From NCBI RefSeq assembly GCF_002854065.1, contig NZ_CP024147.1: a DNA stretch of 64,000 nt; one strand, written 5' to 3'. Source of the stretch: Escherichia coli (GTDB lineage: Bacteria > Pseudomonadota > Gammaproteobacteria > Enterobacterales > Enterobacteriaceae). The position numbers and the translations under genes are program-made. Shown piece by piece: positions 55,864-64,000 of this stretch. The notes beneath the pieces are model-generated. The model was not told the DNA's origin. It saw nothing but the letters and a program-made list of their open reading frames with translations, and ran no database searches. Positions within the stretch are counted from its first letter, which is position 1. Each line of letters starts with the position of its first letter.

Positions 55864-57530
55864 ACTTTTCTCCCTGCGTGTTGATTCCCTGCTATAACCA
55901 CGGCGCGATGATGCCGGGCGTGCTGGCGCGTCTTAAGCCATTTAATCTCCCCTGTATTGTGGTGGACGACGGCAGCGATGCCGCCACGCAACAGCAACTG
56001 GATAATCTGGTTAGCGAACAGCCTGGCGTGACCTTAATTCGCTTAGCAGAAAACGCAGGTAAAGGCGCGGCAGTGATGCGTGGCTTACAGGCAGCGGCAG
56101 ACGCAGGGTTCAGCCATGCGGTGCAGGTGGATGCTGACGGTCAACATGCGATTGAAGATATCCCCAAACTGCTGGCACTCGCTGAACGACACCCTGCGGC
56201 GCTGATCTCCGGCCAGCCAATTTACGATGACTCCATCCCCCGCTCACGGCTTTACGGGCGCTGGGTCACCCACGTCTGGGTATGGATCGAAACGCTCTCC
56301 CTGCAACTGAAAGACAGCATGTGCGGCTTTCGCGTTTATCCGGTTGCGCCAACGCTGCAACTGGCAAAACACGCCACCATCGGCAAGCGGATGGATTTCG
56401 ACACTGAAGTGATGGTGCGCCTCTACTGGCAGGGAAACACCAGCTATTTCGTGCCGACCCGCGTCACCTATCCACTGGACGGGCTTTCGCATTTTGATGC
56501 CCTGAAAGATAACGTCCGCATCTCGCTCATGCACACGCGTCTGTTTTTCGGCATGTTACCGCGTATTCCTTCACTGCTGATGCGCCGCTCTTCCAGCCAC
56601 TGGGCGCGGCAGAGTGAAGTGAAAGGATTATGGGGAATGCGCCTGATGCTGCTGGTCTGGCGTCTGCTGGGAAGAACGGCGTTTAGCGCGCTGCTTTACC
56701 CGGTGGTGGGCGTCTACTGGCTCACTGCTTCTCGTGCGCGCAAAGCGTCGCAAGACTGGCTCGCCCGTGTACGACAGCATCAACCACAGGCGGCAAAACT
56801 CAACAGCTATCAGCACTTTCTACGTTTCGGTAATGCCATGCTCGACAAAATCGCCAGTTGGCGCGGCGAGCTGCAACTGGGGCGCGATGTGCTGTTTGCG
56901 CCAGGCGCAGAAGCGGCACTTAACGTCAGCGATCCGCGCGGCAAATTGCTGCTGGCCTCGCATCTTGGCGATGTGGAAGTGTGCCGGGCGCTGGCAAAAA
57001 TTCAGGGCTACAAAACCATTAACGCGCTGGTGTTTAGCGAAAACGCCCAACGCTTTAAACAGATAATGCAGGAGATGGCCCCGCAGGCCGGCATCAACCT
57101 GATGCCGGTAACGGATATCGGCCCGGAAACCGCCATCCTGCTCAAAGAGAAGCTGGATAACGGCGAATGGGTGGCGATTGTCGGTGACCGCATCGCCGTC
57201 AACCCGCAACGCGGCGGCGACTGGCGCGTCTGCTGGAGTCCGTTTATGGGCCAGCCTGCGCCCTTCCCACAGGGGCCGTTTATTCTCGCGTCTATTTTGC
57301 GCTGCCCGGTGAATCTGATTTTCGCCCTGCGCCAGCACGGCAAGCTGCATATTCACTGCGAAACCTTTGCCGACCCGCTGCTGTTGCCGCGTGGCGAACG
57401 CCAACAGGCGCTGCAAAACGCTATCGACCACTACGCCGCGCGTCTGGAACATTACGCGCTCCAGTCGCCCCTCGACTGGTTTAATTTTTTCGATTTCTGG
57501 CAACTGCCGGAAATTCAGGACAAGGAGTAA
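55854..57530 (+). CDS. bifunctional GT2 glycosyltransferase / lipid-A-type acyltransferase-like protein
   Basis: 558 aa; N-terminus CVLIPCYNHG...VVDDGSDA...DADGQH (GT-A DxD); C-terminal half resembles HtrB/LpxL-type acyltransferases. Confidence 0.7.
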   Translation: MSVNFSPCVLIPCYNHGAMMPGVLARLKPFNLPCIVVDDGSDAATQQQLDNLVSEQPGVTLIRLAENAGKGAAVMRGLQAAADAGFSHAVQVDADGQHAIEDIPKLLALAERHPAALISGQPIYDDSIPRSRLYGRWVTHVWVWIETLSLQLKDSMCGFRVYPVAPTLQLAKHATIGKRMDFDTEVMVRLYWQGNTSYFVPTRVTYPLDGLSHFDALKDNVRISLMHTRLFFGMLPRIPSLLMRRSSSHWARQSEVKGLWGMRLMLLVWRLLGRTAFSALLYPVVGVYWLTASRARKASQDWLARVRQHQPQAAKLNSYQHFLRFGNAMLDKIASWRGELQLGRDVLFAPGAEAALNVSDPRGKLLLASHLGDVEVCRALAKIQGYKTINALVFSENAQRFKQIMQEMAPQAGINLMPVTDIGPETAILLKEKLDNGEWVAIVGDRIAVNPQRGGDWRVCWSPFMGQPAPFPQGPFILASILRCPVNLIFALRQHGKLHIHCETFADPLLLPRGERQQALQNAIDHYAARLEHYALQSPLDWFNFFDFWQLPEIQDKE

Positions 57531-57533
57531 AGG

Positions 57534-57956
57534 GTGCTTAACGATCCCCGATTTACCGCTGAAGTCGAGCTGACCATTCCCTTTCACGACGTCGATATGA
57601 TGGGCGTGGCCTGGCACGGTAACTATTTTCGCTACTTTGAAGTGGCCCGCGAGGCGCTGCTCAACCAGTTCAATTACGGCTATCGGCAGATGAAAGAGTC
57701 CGGTTATTTGTGGCCAGTGGTCGATGCGCGGGTGAAATATCGCCACGCCCTCACCTTTGAGCAACGCATCCGCGTGCGTGCGCATATCGAAGAGTTCGAA
57801 AACCGTCTGCGGATTGGCTATCAGATTTTCGATGCCGAAACGGGCAAACGCGCCACCACCGGATACACCATTCAGGTCGCGGTCGACGAGCAAAGTCGCG
57901 AACTGTGCTTTGTCAGCCCCGATATTCTGTTTGAACGCATGGGAGTCAAACCATGA
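57534..57956 (+). CDS. apeK: 4HBT/YbgC-type acyl thioesterase
   Basis: 140-aa ORF (GTG start); hotdog thioesterase pattern HDVDMMGVAWHGNYFRYFEVAR. Confidence 0.75.
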   Translation: MLNDPRFTAEVELTIPFHDVDMMGVAWHGNYFRYFEVAREALLNQFNYGYRQMKESGYLWPVVDARVKYRHALTFEQRIRVRAHIEEFENRLRIGYQIFDAETGKRATTGYTIQVAVDEQSRELCFVSPDILFERMGVKP

Positions 57957-58558
57957 AATTTTTACCGCTACTGGCGCTGCTGATTAGCCCGTTTGTGAGC
58001 GCCCTGACCCTGGACGATCTTCAGCAACGCTTTACCGAACAATCGGTGATCCGCGCCCATTTCGATCAAACCCGGACGATTAAAGATCTGCCGCAGCCGC
58101 TGCGATCTCAGGGCCAGATGTTGATCGCCCGCGACCAGGGGCTGTTGTGGGATCAAACCTCACCGTTCCCCATGCAACTATTACTGGACGATAAACGCAT
58201 GGTGCAGGTGATCAACGGTCAGCCGCCGCAAATCATCACGGCAGAAAACAACCCGCAGATGTTTCAGTTTAACCACCTGCTGCGCGCGCTGTTCCAGGCC
58301 GATCGCAAAGTGCTGGAACAAAACTTCCGCGTCGAATTTACCGACAAAGGCGAAGGCCGCTGGACGCTGCGCCTGACCCCAACCACCACGCCGCTGGATA
58401 AAATTTTCAACACCATCGATCTCGCCGGGCAAACCTATCTGGAGAGCATTCAACTTAATGATAAACAGGGCGATCGCACCGATATTGCTCTTACCCAACA
58501 TCAACTGACGCCAGCGCAACTGACCGATGACGAACGCCAACGTTTTGCCGCCCAGTAA
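57953..58558 (+). CDS. LolA-like outer-membrane lipoprotein carrier
   Basis: 201 aa, signal peptide MKFLPLLALLISPFVSA; LolA-family length and layout. Confidence 0.65.
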   Translation: MKFLPLLALLISPFVSALTLDDLQQRFTEQSVIRAHFDQTRTIKDLPQPLRSQGQMLIARDQGLLWDQTSPFPMQLLLDDKRMVQVINGQPPQIITAENNPQMFQFNHLLRALFQADRKVLEQNFRVEFTDKGEGRWTLRLTPTTTPLDKIFNTIDLAGQTYLESIQLNDKQGDRTDIALTQHQLTPAQLTDDERQRFAAQ

Positions 58559-60845
58559 ACGCCCCGCGCTGTTATGGGGGCTAGTCTGCCTGGTCATGGC
58601 GGCGGCGTTGCTGATCCTGCTGCCGCAATCACGGCTGAACAGTAGCGTGCTGGCTATGTTACCCAAACAGGCGATGGGCGATATTCCCCCAGCGCTGAAT
58701 GACGGCTTTATGCAGCGTCTGGACCGCCAACTGGTGTGGCTGGTCAGCCCCGGTAAAGAGGCTAATCCCAGGGTGGCTCAGGAGTGGCTGACGCTGCTGC
58801 AAAAATCCGCTGCGCTCGGCGACGTTAAAGGGCCAATGGATGCCGCCAGCCAGCAAGCGTGGGGCGCGTTTTTCTGGCAGCACCGCAACGGCCTGATTGA
58901 CCCCGACACCCGCGCCCGCCTGCAAAACGGCGGCGAAGCGCAGGCGCAGTGGATCCTCTCCCAGCTTTATTCTGCATTCTCCGGGGTAAGCGGCAAGGAG
59001 CTGCAAAACGATCCGCTGATGTTAATGCGCGGCTCGCAGCTGGCGATGGCAAAAAATGGCCAGCGTTTGCGGCTGATGGACGGCTGGCTGGTGACGCAGG
59101 ATCCCCAGGGCAACTACTGGTATCTGCTGCACGGCGAACTGGCGGGATCGTCGTTTGATATGCAGCAAACCCACCAGCTCATCACGACCCTGAATACGCT
59201 GGAAAAGGATCTGAAAACGCGTTACCCACAGGCGCAGTTGCTCTCGCGCGGCACGGTATTTTACAGCGATTACGCCAGTCAACAGGCGAAGCAGGATATC
59301 TCAACCCTGGGCGTGGCAACGCTGCTGGGGGTGATATTACTGATTGTGGCGGTGTTCCGCTCTTTGCGCCCATTGTTGCTTTGCGTGATTTCCATCGGCA
59401 TCGGCGCGCTGGCGGGAACGGTCGCCACTTTATTGATTTTCGGTGAATTACACCTGATGACGCTGGTGATGAGCATGAGCGTTATCGGCATTTCCGCTGA
59501 CTACACGCTCTATTATCTCACCGAGCGGATGGTGCACGGCAACGACGTTTCGCCGTGGCAAAGCCTGGCGAAAGTACGCAATGCCCTGCTGCTGGCGCTG
59601 CTCACCACCGTGGCGGCATATCTGATTATGATGCTCGCCCCCTTCCCCGGCATTCGCCAGATGGCGATTTTTGCCGCCGTCGGGTTGAGCGCCTCCTGTC
59701 TGACCGTCCTGTTCTGGCATCCGTGGCTGTGCCGTGGCCTGCCGGTGCGTCCGGTTCCGGCGATGGCGCTGATGCTGCGCTGGCTGGCAGCGTGGCGGCG
59801 CAATAAAAAACTGTCGCTGGGTCTGCCCGTCGCGCTGGCGCTGTTTTCGCTGGCGGGGATGTCAATGCTGCGCGTCGATGACGATATCTCGCAGTTACAG
59901 GCGCTGCCGCAGCATATTCTGGCGCAGGAGAAAGCCATTACCGCCCTGACCGGACAAAGCGTCGATCAAAAATGGTTTGTGGTTTACGGCGATTCGCCAC
60001 AGCAAACATTGCGGCGACTGGAGAAATATACCGCCTCACTTGAGTATGCGAAAAAAGAGGGGCTTATCAGCAACTACCGCACCATTCCGCTGAACTCCCT
60101 TGCGCGGCAGGAGGAAGATTTACAACTGCTGAAAACGGCGGCCCCGACAGTAACAAAAGCGCTGCAAAATGCCGGGCTGACGGCAGTGAACCCGGATCTC
60201 AACGCCATGCCAGTGAACGTTGATGAATGGCTGGCAAGCCCTGCCAGTGAAGGCTGGCGTCTGCTGTGGCTGACGCTGGAAAACGGCGAAAGCGGCGTAC
60301 TGGTGCCGGTTGAAGGGGTTAAAAGTAGCGCGTTGATGCAGGAAATCGCCACATATTACCCTTGCGGCATTGCCTGGGTTGATCGCAAAAGCACCTTTGA
60401 TGAGTTGTTCGCGCTTTACCGTTATGTCTTAACCGGCTTGTTGCTGGTGGCGCTGGCGGTGATTGCCTGCGGCGCAGTGGCCCGTCTCGGCTGGCGCAAA
60501 GGGCTTATCAGCCTTGTACCTTCGGTGCTTTCGCTGGGTTGTGGTCTGGCGGTGCTGGCGATGAGCGGGCAGGCGGTGAATCTCTTTTCGCTGCTGGCGC
60601 TGGTGCTGGTGCTTGGCATCGGCATCAACTACACGCTGTTTTTCAGTAATCCGCGCGGCACACCATTAACTTCGCTACTGGCGATCACGCTGGCAATGCT
60701 CACCACCTTGCTGACGCTGGGAATGCTGATATTCAGCGCCACCCAGGCCATCAGCAGTTTTGGCATTGTGCTGGTGAGCGGTATTTTCACCGCCTTCCTG
60801 CTTTCGCCGCTGGCGATGCCCGATAAAAAGAGAACAAAAAAATGA
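58527..60845 (+). CDS. MMPL/RND-superfamily exporter
   Basis: 772-aa ORF with two blocks of TM helices separated by large soluble domains. Confidence 0.75.
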   Translation: MTNANVLPPSKRPALLWGLVCLVMAAALLILLPQSRLNSSVLAMLPKQAMGDIPPALNDGFMQRLDRQLVWLVSPGKEANPRVAQEWLTLLQKSAALGDVKGPMDAASQQAWGAFFWQHRNGLIDPDTRARLQNGGEAQAQWILSQLYSAFSGVSGKELQNDPLMLMRGSQLAMAKNGQRLRLMDGWLVTQDPQGNYWYLLHGELAGSSFDMQQTHQLITTLNTLEKDLKTRYPQAQLLSRGTVFYSDYASQQAKQDISTLGVATLLGVILLIVAVFRSLRPLLLCVISIGIGALAGTVATLLIFGELHLMTLVMSMSVIGISADYTLYYLTERMVHGNDVSPWQSLAKVRNALLLALLTTVAAYLIMMLAPFPGIRQMAIFAAVGLSASCLTVLFWHPWLCRGLPVRPVPAMALMLRWLAAWRRNKKLSLGLPVALALFSLAGMSMLRVDDDISQLQALPQHILAQEKAITALTGQSVDQKWFVVYGDSPQQTLRRLEKYTASLEYAKKEGLISNYRTIPLNSLARQEEDLQLLKTAAPTVTKALQNAGLTAVNPDLNAMPVNVDEWLASPASEGWRLLWLTLENGESGVLVPVEGVKSSALMQEIATYYPCGIAWVDRKSTFDELFALYRYVLTGLLLVALAVIACGAVARLGWRKGLISLVPSVLSLGCGLAVLAMSGQAVNLFSLLALVLVLGIGINYTLFFSNPRGTPLTSLLAITLAMLTTLLTLGMLIFSATQAISSFGIVLVSGIFTAFLLSPLAMPDKKRTKK

Positions 60846-61426
60846 TCAAATCCACATTCTGGCGAGCGTTCGCCCTGACCGCTACGCTTATCCTCACCGG
60901 CTGTAGCCACTCGCAACCAGAACAGGAAGGCCGCCCGCAGGCGTGGCTGCAACCTGGCACGCGCATCACGCTGCCGGCACCAGGGATTTCACCCGCAGTC
61001 AATTCGCAGCAACTGTTGACCGGCAGCTTCAACGGCAAAACCCAGTCGCTGTTAGTGATGCTTAACGCCGACGATCAGAAAATCACCCTTGCCGGGCTGT
61101 CGTCGGTCGGCATTCGCCTGTTTCTGGTGACCTACGATGCGCAAGGGCTACGCGCCGAGCAATCCATCGTCGTCCCACAGTTACCGCCCGCAAGTCAGGT
61201 ACTGGCTGACGTGATGCTCAGCCACTGGCCGATTAGCGCCTGGCAACCGCAACTTCCCGCAGGATGGACACTTCGCGACAACGGTGACAAACGCGAGCTG
61301 CGTAACGCCAGCGGCAAACTGGTCACGGAAATCACCTATCTGAATCGCAAGGGCAAACGCGTGCCAATCAGCATTGAGCAGCATGTCTTTAAATACCACA
61401 TCACCATTCAATACTTAGGTGACTGA
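60842..61426 (+). CDS. lipoprotein (DUF3261-like)
   Basis: 194 aa, MIKSTFWRAFALTATLILTGC lipobox. Confidence 0.65.
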   Translation: MIKSTFWRAFALTATLILTGCSHSQPEQEGRPQAWLQPGTRITLPAPGISPAVNSQQLLTGSFNGKTQSLLVMLNADDQKITLAGLSSVGIRLFLVTYDAQGLRAEQSIVVPQLPPASQVLADVMLSHWPISAWQPQLPAGWTLRDNGDKRELRNASGKLVTEITYLNRKGKRVPISIEQHVFKYHITIQYLGD

Positions 61427-62597
61427 TATGATTTATATTTCCGCCGTCGGCATGATCAACGCCCTGGGAAATAACCTTGACGAAATCGCAACCAACCTGA
61501 CTCGCGGTGTTGCTCCCGGCATGCGCCCGCGCGCAGGCTGGTTGCAGGGGCATCCGCAGGCGGTCCTGGCTGGCGTGGATGGCGAGCTTCCGCTTATCCC
61601 GGAAAAATTCGCTGCGCACCGCTCGCGCAACAATCAGATCCTGCTGGCGGCGCTGGCGCAGATCCAGCCGCAGGTTGATGACGCTATCGCGAAATATGGT
61701 CGCGAGCGCATCGCGATTGTACTTGGCACCAGCACCTCCGGCCTGCATGAAGGCGACACGCACGTTAACCTGCGCACCCACGGGCAGCCGAGCACCACAT
61801 GGCACTACGCGCAACAGGAACTCGGCGATCCGTCGCGTTTTCTCAGCCACTGGCTGGCGCTCGACGGCCCGGCCTATACCCTTTCAACCGCCTGCTCTTC
61901 CAGCGCCAGAGCGATAATCAGCGGGCGCAGGCTTATCGAAGCGGGGCTGGTCGATGCCGCCATTGTGGGTGGCGCAGACACCCTGAGCCGGATGCCGATT
62001 AACGGTTTTCACAGCCTCGAATCGCTGTCGCCAACCTTATGTCAGCCGTTTGGTCGTGACCGCGCAGGTATCACCATTGGTGAAGGGGCGGGGCTAATGC
62101 TGCTGACCCGGGAACCGCAGCCCATCGCGTTGCTGGGCGTTGGTGAATCGAGCGACGCTTACCATATTTCGGCCCCGCATCCGCAGGGCGAAGGGGCGAT
62201 CCGCGCCATTAATCAGGCACTGACCGATGCGCAGCTTACGCCAGATGACGTCGGCTATATCAACCTGCACGGCACCGCCACGCAACTCAACGACCAGATT
62301 GAATCGATGGTGCTTAACGCCCTGTTTGGCGAACGCGTACCGTGCAGCTCCACCAAACATTTGACCGGCCACACGCTGGGCGCGGCGGGCATTACCGAAG
62401 CAGCAATCAGTATGTTGATCTTACAGCGTGATTTACCGCTGCCCGCCCAAGATTTCAGCCTGTCGCCACGCGATCCCACGCTGCCACCCTGCGGCATTAT
62501 CGAAAAACCGCAGCCGCTGGCTCGTCCGGTGATCCTGTCCAATTCCTTCGCCTTTGGCGGCAATAACGCCAGCATTCTGCTCGGGAGGGTTTCGTGA
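61419..62597 (+). CDS. apeO: beta-ketoacyl-ACP synthase (KAS I/II-like)
   Basis: 392 aa; active-site Cys TACSSS, His motifs HGTATQLND and GHTLGAAG. Confidence 0.85.
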   Translation: MTDMIYISAVGMINALGNNLDEIATNLTRGVAPGMRPRAGWLQGHPQAVLAGVDGELPLIPEKFAAHRSRNNQILLAALAQIQPQVDDAIAKYGRERIAIVLGTSTSGLHEGDTHVNLRTHGQPSTTWHYAQQELGDPSRFLSHWLALDGPAYTLSTACSSSARAIISGRRLIEAGLVDAAIVGGADTLSRMPINGFHSLESLSPTLCQPFGRDRAGITIGEGAGLMLLTREPQPIALLGVGESSDAYHISAPHPQGEGAIRAINQALTDAQLTPDDVGYINLHGTATQLNDQIESMVLNALFGERVPCSSTKHLTGHTLGAAGITEAAISMLILQRDLPLPAQDFSLSPRDPTLPPCGIIEKPQPLARPVILSNSFAFGGNNASILLGRVS

Positions 62598-63058
62598 GCC
62601 ACTATTTATCCCCCGGCGCTTATCTGCCCCACGACGCGCCCATGTTACTGCTGGAAGACGTGGTGAGCGTCAGCGATGACAGCGCGGTGTGCCGCGTGAC
62701 GGTTTCGCCCAGTGGCGTACTGGCACCGTTTCTCGACCCGGACGGCAATCTCCCCGGCTGGTTTGCCCTTGAACTGATGGCGCAAACCGTCGGCGTCTGG
62801 TCTGGCTGGCATCGCCACCAGCAGGGCAAAAACAGTATTGAGTTAGGGATGATACTGGGCGCGCGTGAATTGCTTTGCGCCGCTGGCATTCTGCCCGCAG
62901 GCCAGACGCTGACCATTACCGTCAAACTGCTGATGCAGGACGATCGCTTCGGCAGTTTTGAGTGCAGCATCAACGACGGCGAGGCGACGGGCCGCATTAA
63001 CACCTTCCAGCCGACCGCGGAAGAACTTACCACCCTGTTTCAACAAGGAGCGTCCTGA
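62594..63058 (+). CDS. apeP: hotdog-fold dehydratase
   Basis: 154-aa ORF; 4-nt overlap with KS, 1-nt overlap with KR. Confidence 0.7.
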   Translation: MSHYLSPGAYLPHDAPMLLLEDVVSVSDDSAVCRVTVSPSGVLAPFLDPDGNLPGWFALELMAQTVGVWSGWHRHQQGKNSIELGMILGARELLCAAGILPAGQTLTITVKLLMQDDRFGSFECSINDGEATGRINTFQPTAEELTTLFQQGAS

Positions 63059-63789
63059 TGAGTCGTTCAGTTCTGGTTACTGGTGCCAGCAAAGGCATTG
63101 GTCGCGCCATCGCCTGCCAACTGGCGGCAGACGGCTTTAACATTGGCGTTCACTATCACCGTGACGCCACAGGCGCTCAGGAAACGCTGAATGCCATTGT
63201 CGCCAACGGGGGTAACGGGCGTTTGCTCAGTTTCGACGTCGCAAACCGCGAACAGTGTCGGGAAGTGCTGGAGCATGAGATCGCGCAACACGGTGCCTGG
63301 TACGGCGTGGTCAGTAACGCCGGGATCGCCCGCGATGCCGCTTTTCCGGCTTTAAGCGATGACGACTGGGATGCGGTGATCCACACCAACCTCGACAGTT
63401 TCTACAACGTCATTCAGCCGTGCATTATGCCAATGATCGGCGCGCGCCAGGGTGGGCGCATCATCACGCTGTCCTCGGTTTCCGGCGTAATGGGCAATCG
63501 CGGCCAGGTGAATTACAGCGCAGCCAAAGCCGGAATTATCGGCGCAACTAAAGCGCTGGCTATCGAACTCGCGAAGCGCAAAATCACCGTCAACTGCATC
63601 GCGCCGGGGCTTATTGATACCGGGATGATCGAAATGGAAGAGAGCGCTCTGAAAGAGGCAATGTCGATGATCCCCATGAAACGTATGGGCCAGGCGGAAG
63701 AAGTTGCCGGGCTTGCCAGTTATTTAATGTCTGATATTGCGGGTTACGTCACCCGCCAGGTTATTTCCATCAACGGAGGGATGTTATGA
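63058..63789 (+). CDS. apeQ: 3-oxoacyl-ACP reductase (SDR, FabG-like)
   Basis: 243 aa; TGASKGIGRAIA NAD(P)-binding and YSAAKAG catalytic motifs. Confidence 0.88.
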   Translation: MSRSVLVTGASKGIGRAIACQLAADGFNIGVHYHRDATGAQETLNAIVANGGNGRLLSFDVANREQCREVLEHEIAQHGAWYGVVSNAGIARDAAFPALSDDDWDAVIHTNLDSFYNVIQPCIMPMIGARQGGRIITLSSVSGVMGNRGQVNYSAAKAGIIGATKALAIELAKRKITVNCIAPGLIDTGMIEMEESALKEAMSMIPMKRMGQAEEVAGLASYLMSDIAGYVTRQVISINGGML

Positions 63790-64000
63790 CACGTCGCGTA
63801 GTGATTACAGGAATGGGCGGCGTGACTGCCTTTGGTGAAAACTGGCAGGACGTTTCTGCACGCTTACTGGCGTATGAAAATGCGGTGCGCAAAATGCCGG
63901 AGTGGCAGGTCTACGATGGCCTGCACACCCTGCTTGGCGCGCCTGTTGATGATTTCACGCTACCGGAGCACTATACCCGCAAGCGTATCCGTGCGATGGG
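63786..64000 (+). CDS. apeR: beta-ketoacyl-ACP synthase (partial, N-terminal 71 codons; continues beyond window)
   Basis: ATG at 63786 (ATGA overlap with KR); MTRRVVITGMGGVTAFGENWQD (KAS N-terminus). Confidence 0.75.
   Translation, partial: MTRRVVITGMGGVTAFGENWQDVSARLLAYENAVRKMPEWQVYDGLHTLLGAPVDDFTLPEHYTRKRIRAM

Noticed and set aside
56820-57893. 357-aa minus-strand ORF
   Set aside because: Lies entirely antisense within the well-supported plus-strand GT/acyltransferase gene (55854-57530) and the thioesterase; no recognisable motifs; a typical GC-rich antisense artefact.

Overview
This window is an Escherichia coli-type chromosomal segment, collinear with the K-12 map from glgP to yhhT, all recognised from protein sequence by memory (no database search was run). 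The conserved backbone is glgP-glgA-glgC-glgX-glgB, asd, yhgN, gntU-gntK-gntR, yhhW, yhhX, ryhB sRNA, yhhY, ggt, yhhA, ugpQ-C-E-A-B, livF-G-M-H-K, panM, livJ, rpoH, ftsX-E-Y, rsmD, yhhL, yhhM, yhhN, zntA, tusA, yhhQ, dcrB, yhhS, yhhT. Four places depart from the K-12 layout as I recall it. (1) Between yhgN and gntU sits a translationally coupled two-gene module: a RecQ-like helicase fused to a ComF/PRTase-like domain, followed by a DprA-like gene. The helicase gene is split by a perfect 11-bp tandem duplication (14097-14118). This is my best candidate for an uncharacterised defence or DNA-processing system. (2) The yhhY-ggt junction is only 60 bp, without the yhhZ-yrhA-IS1-yrhB segment of K-12. 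(3) A 248-aa membrane-anchored TPR-like ORF lies between livF and the ugpB promoter. (4) From 49608 to the window end, after an AT-rich junction, lies an 18-gene single-strand accessory cluster. Its gene order and content match the described aryl-polyene (APE) type II PKS/FAS-like family, including a LolA/MMPL export module, so it is a known family rather than a new one. No rRNA, tRNA, CRISPR array, transposase or integrase was seen. Hand-placed coordinates of hairpins and boxes may be off by 1-2 nt.
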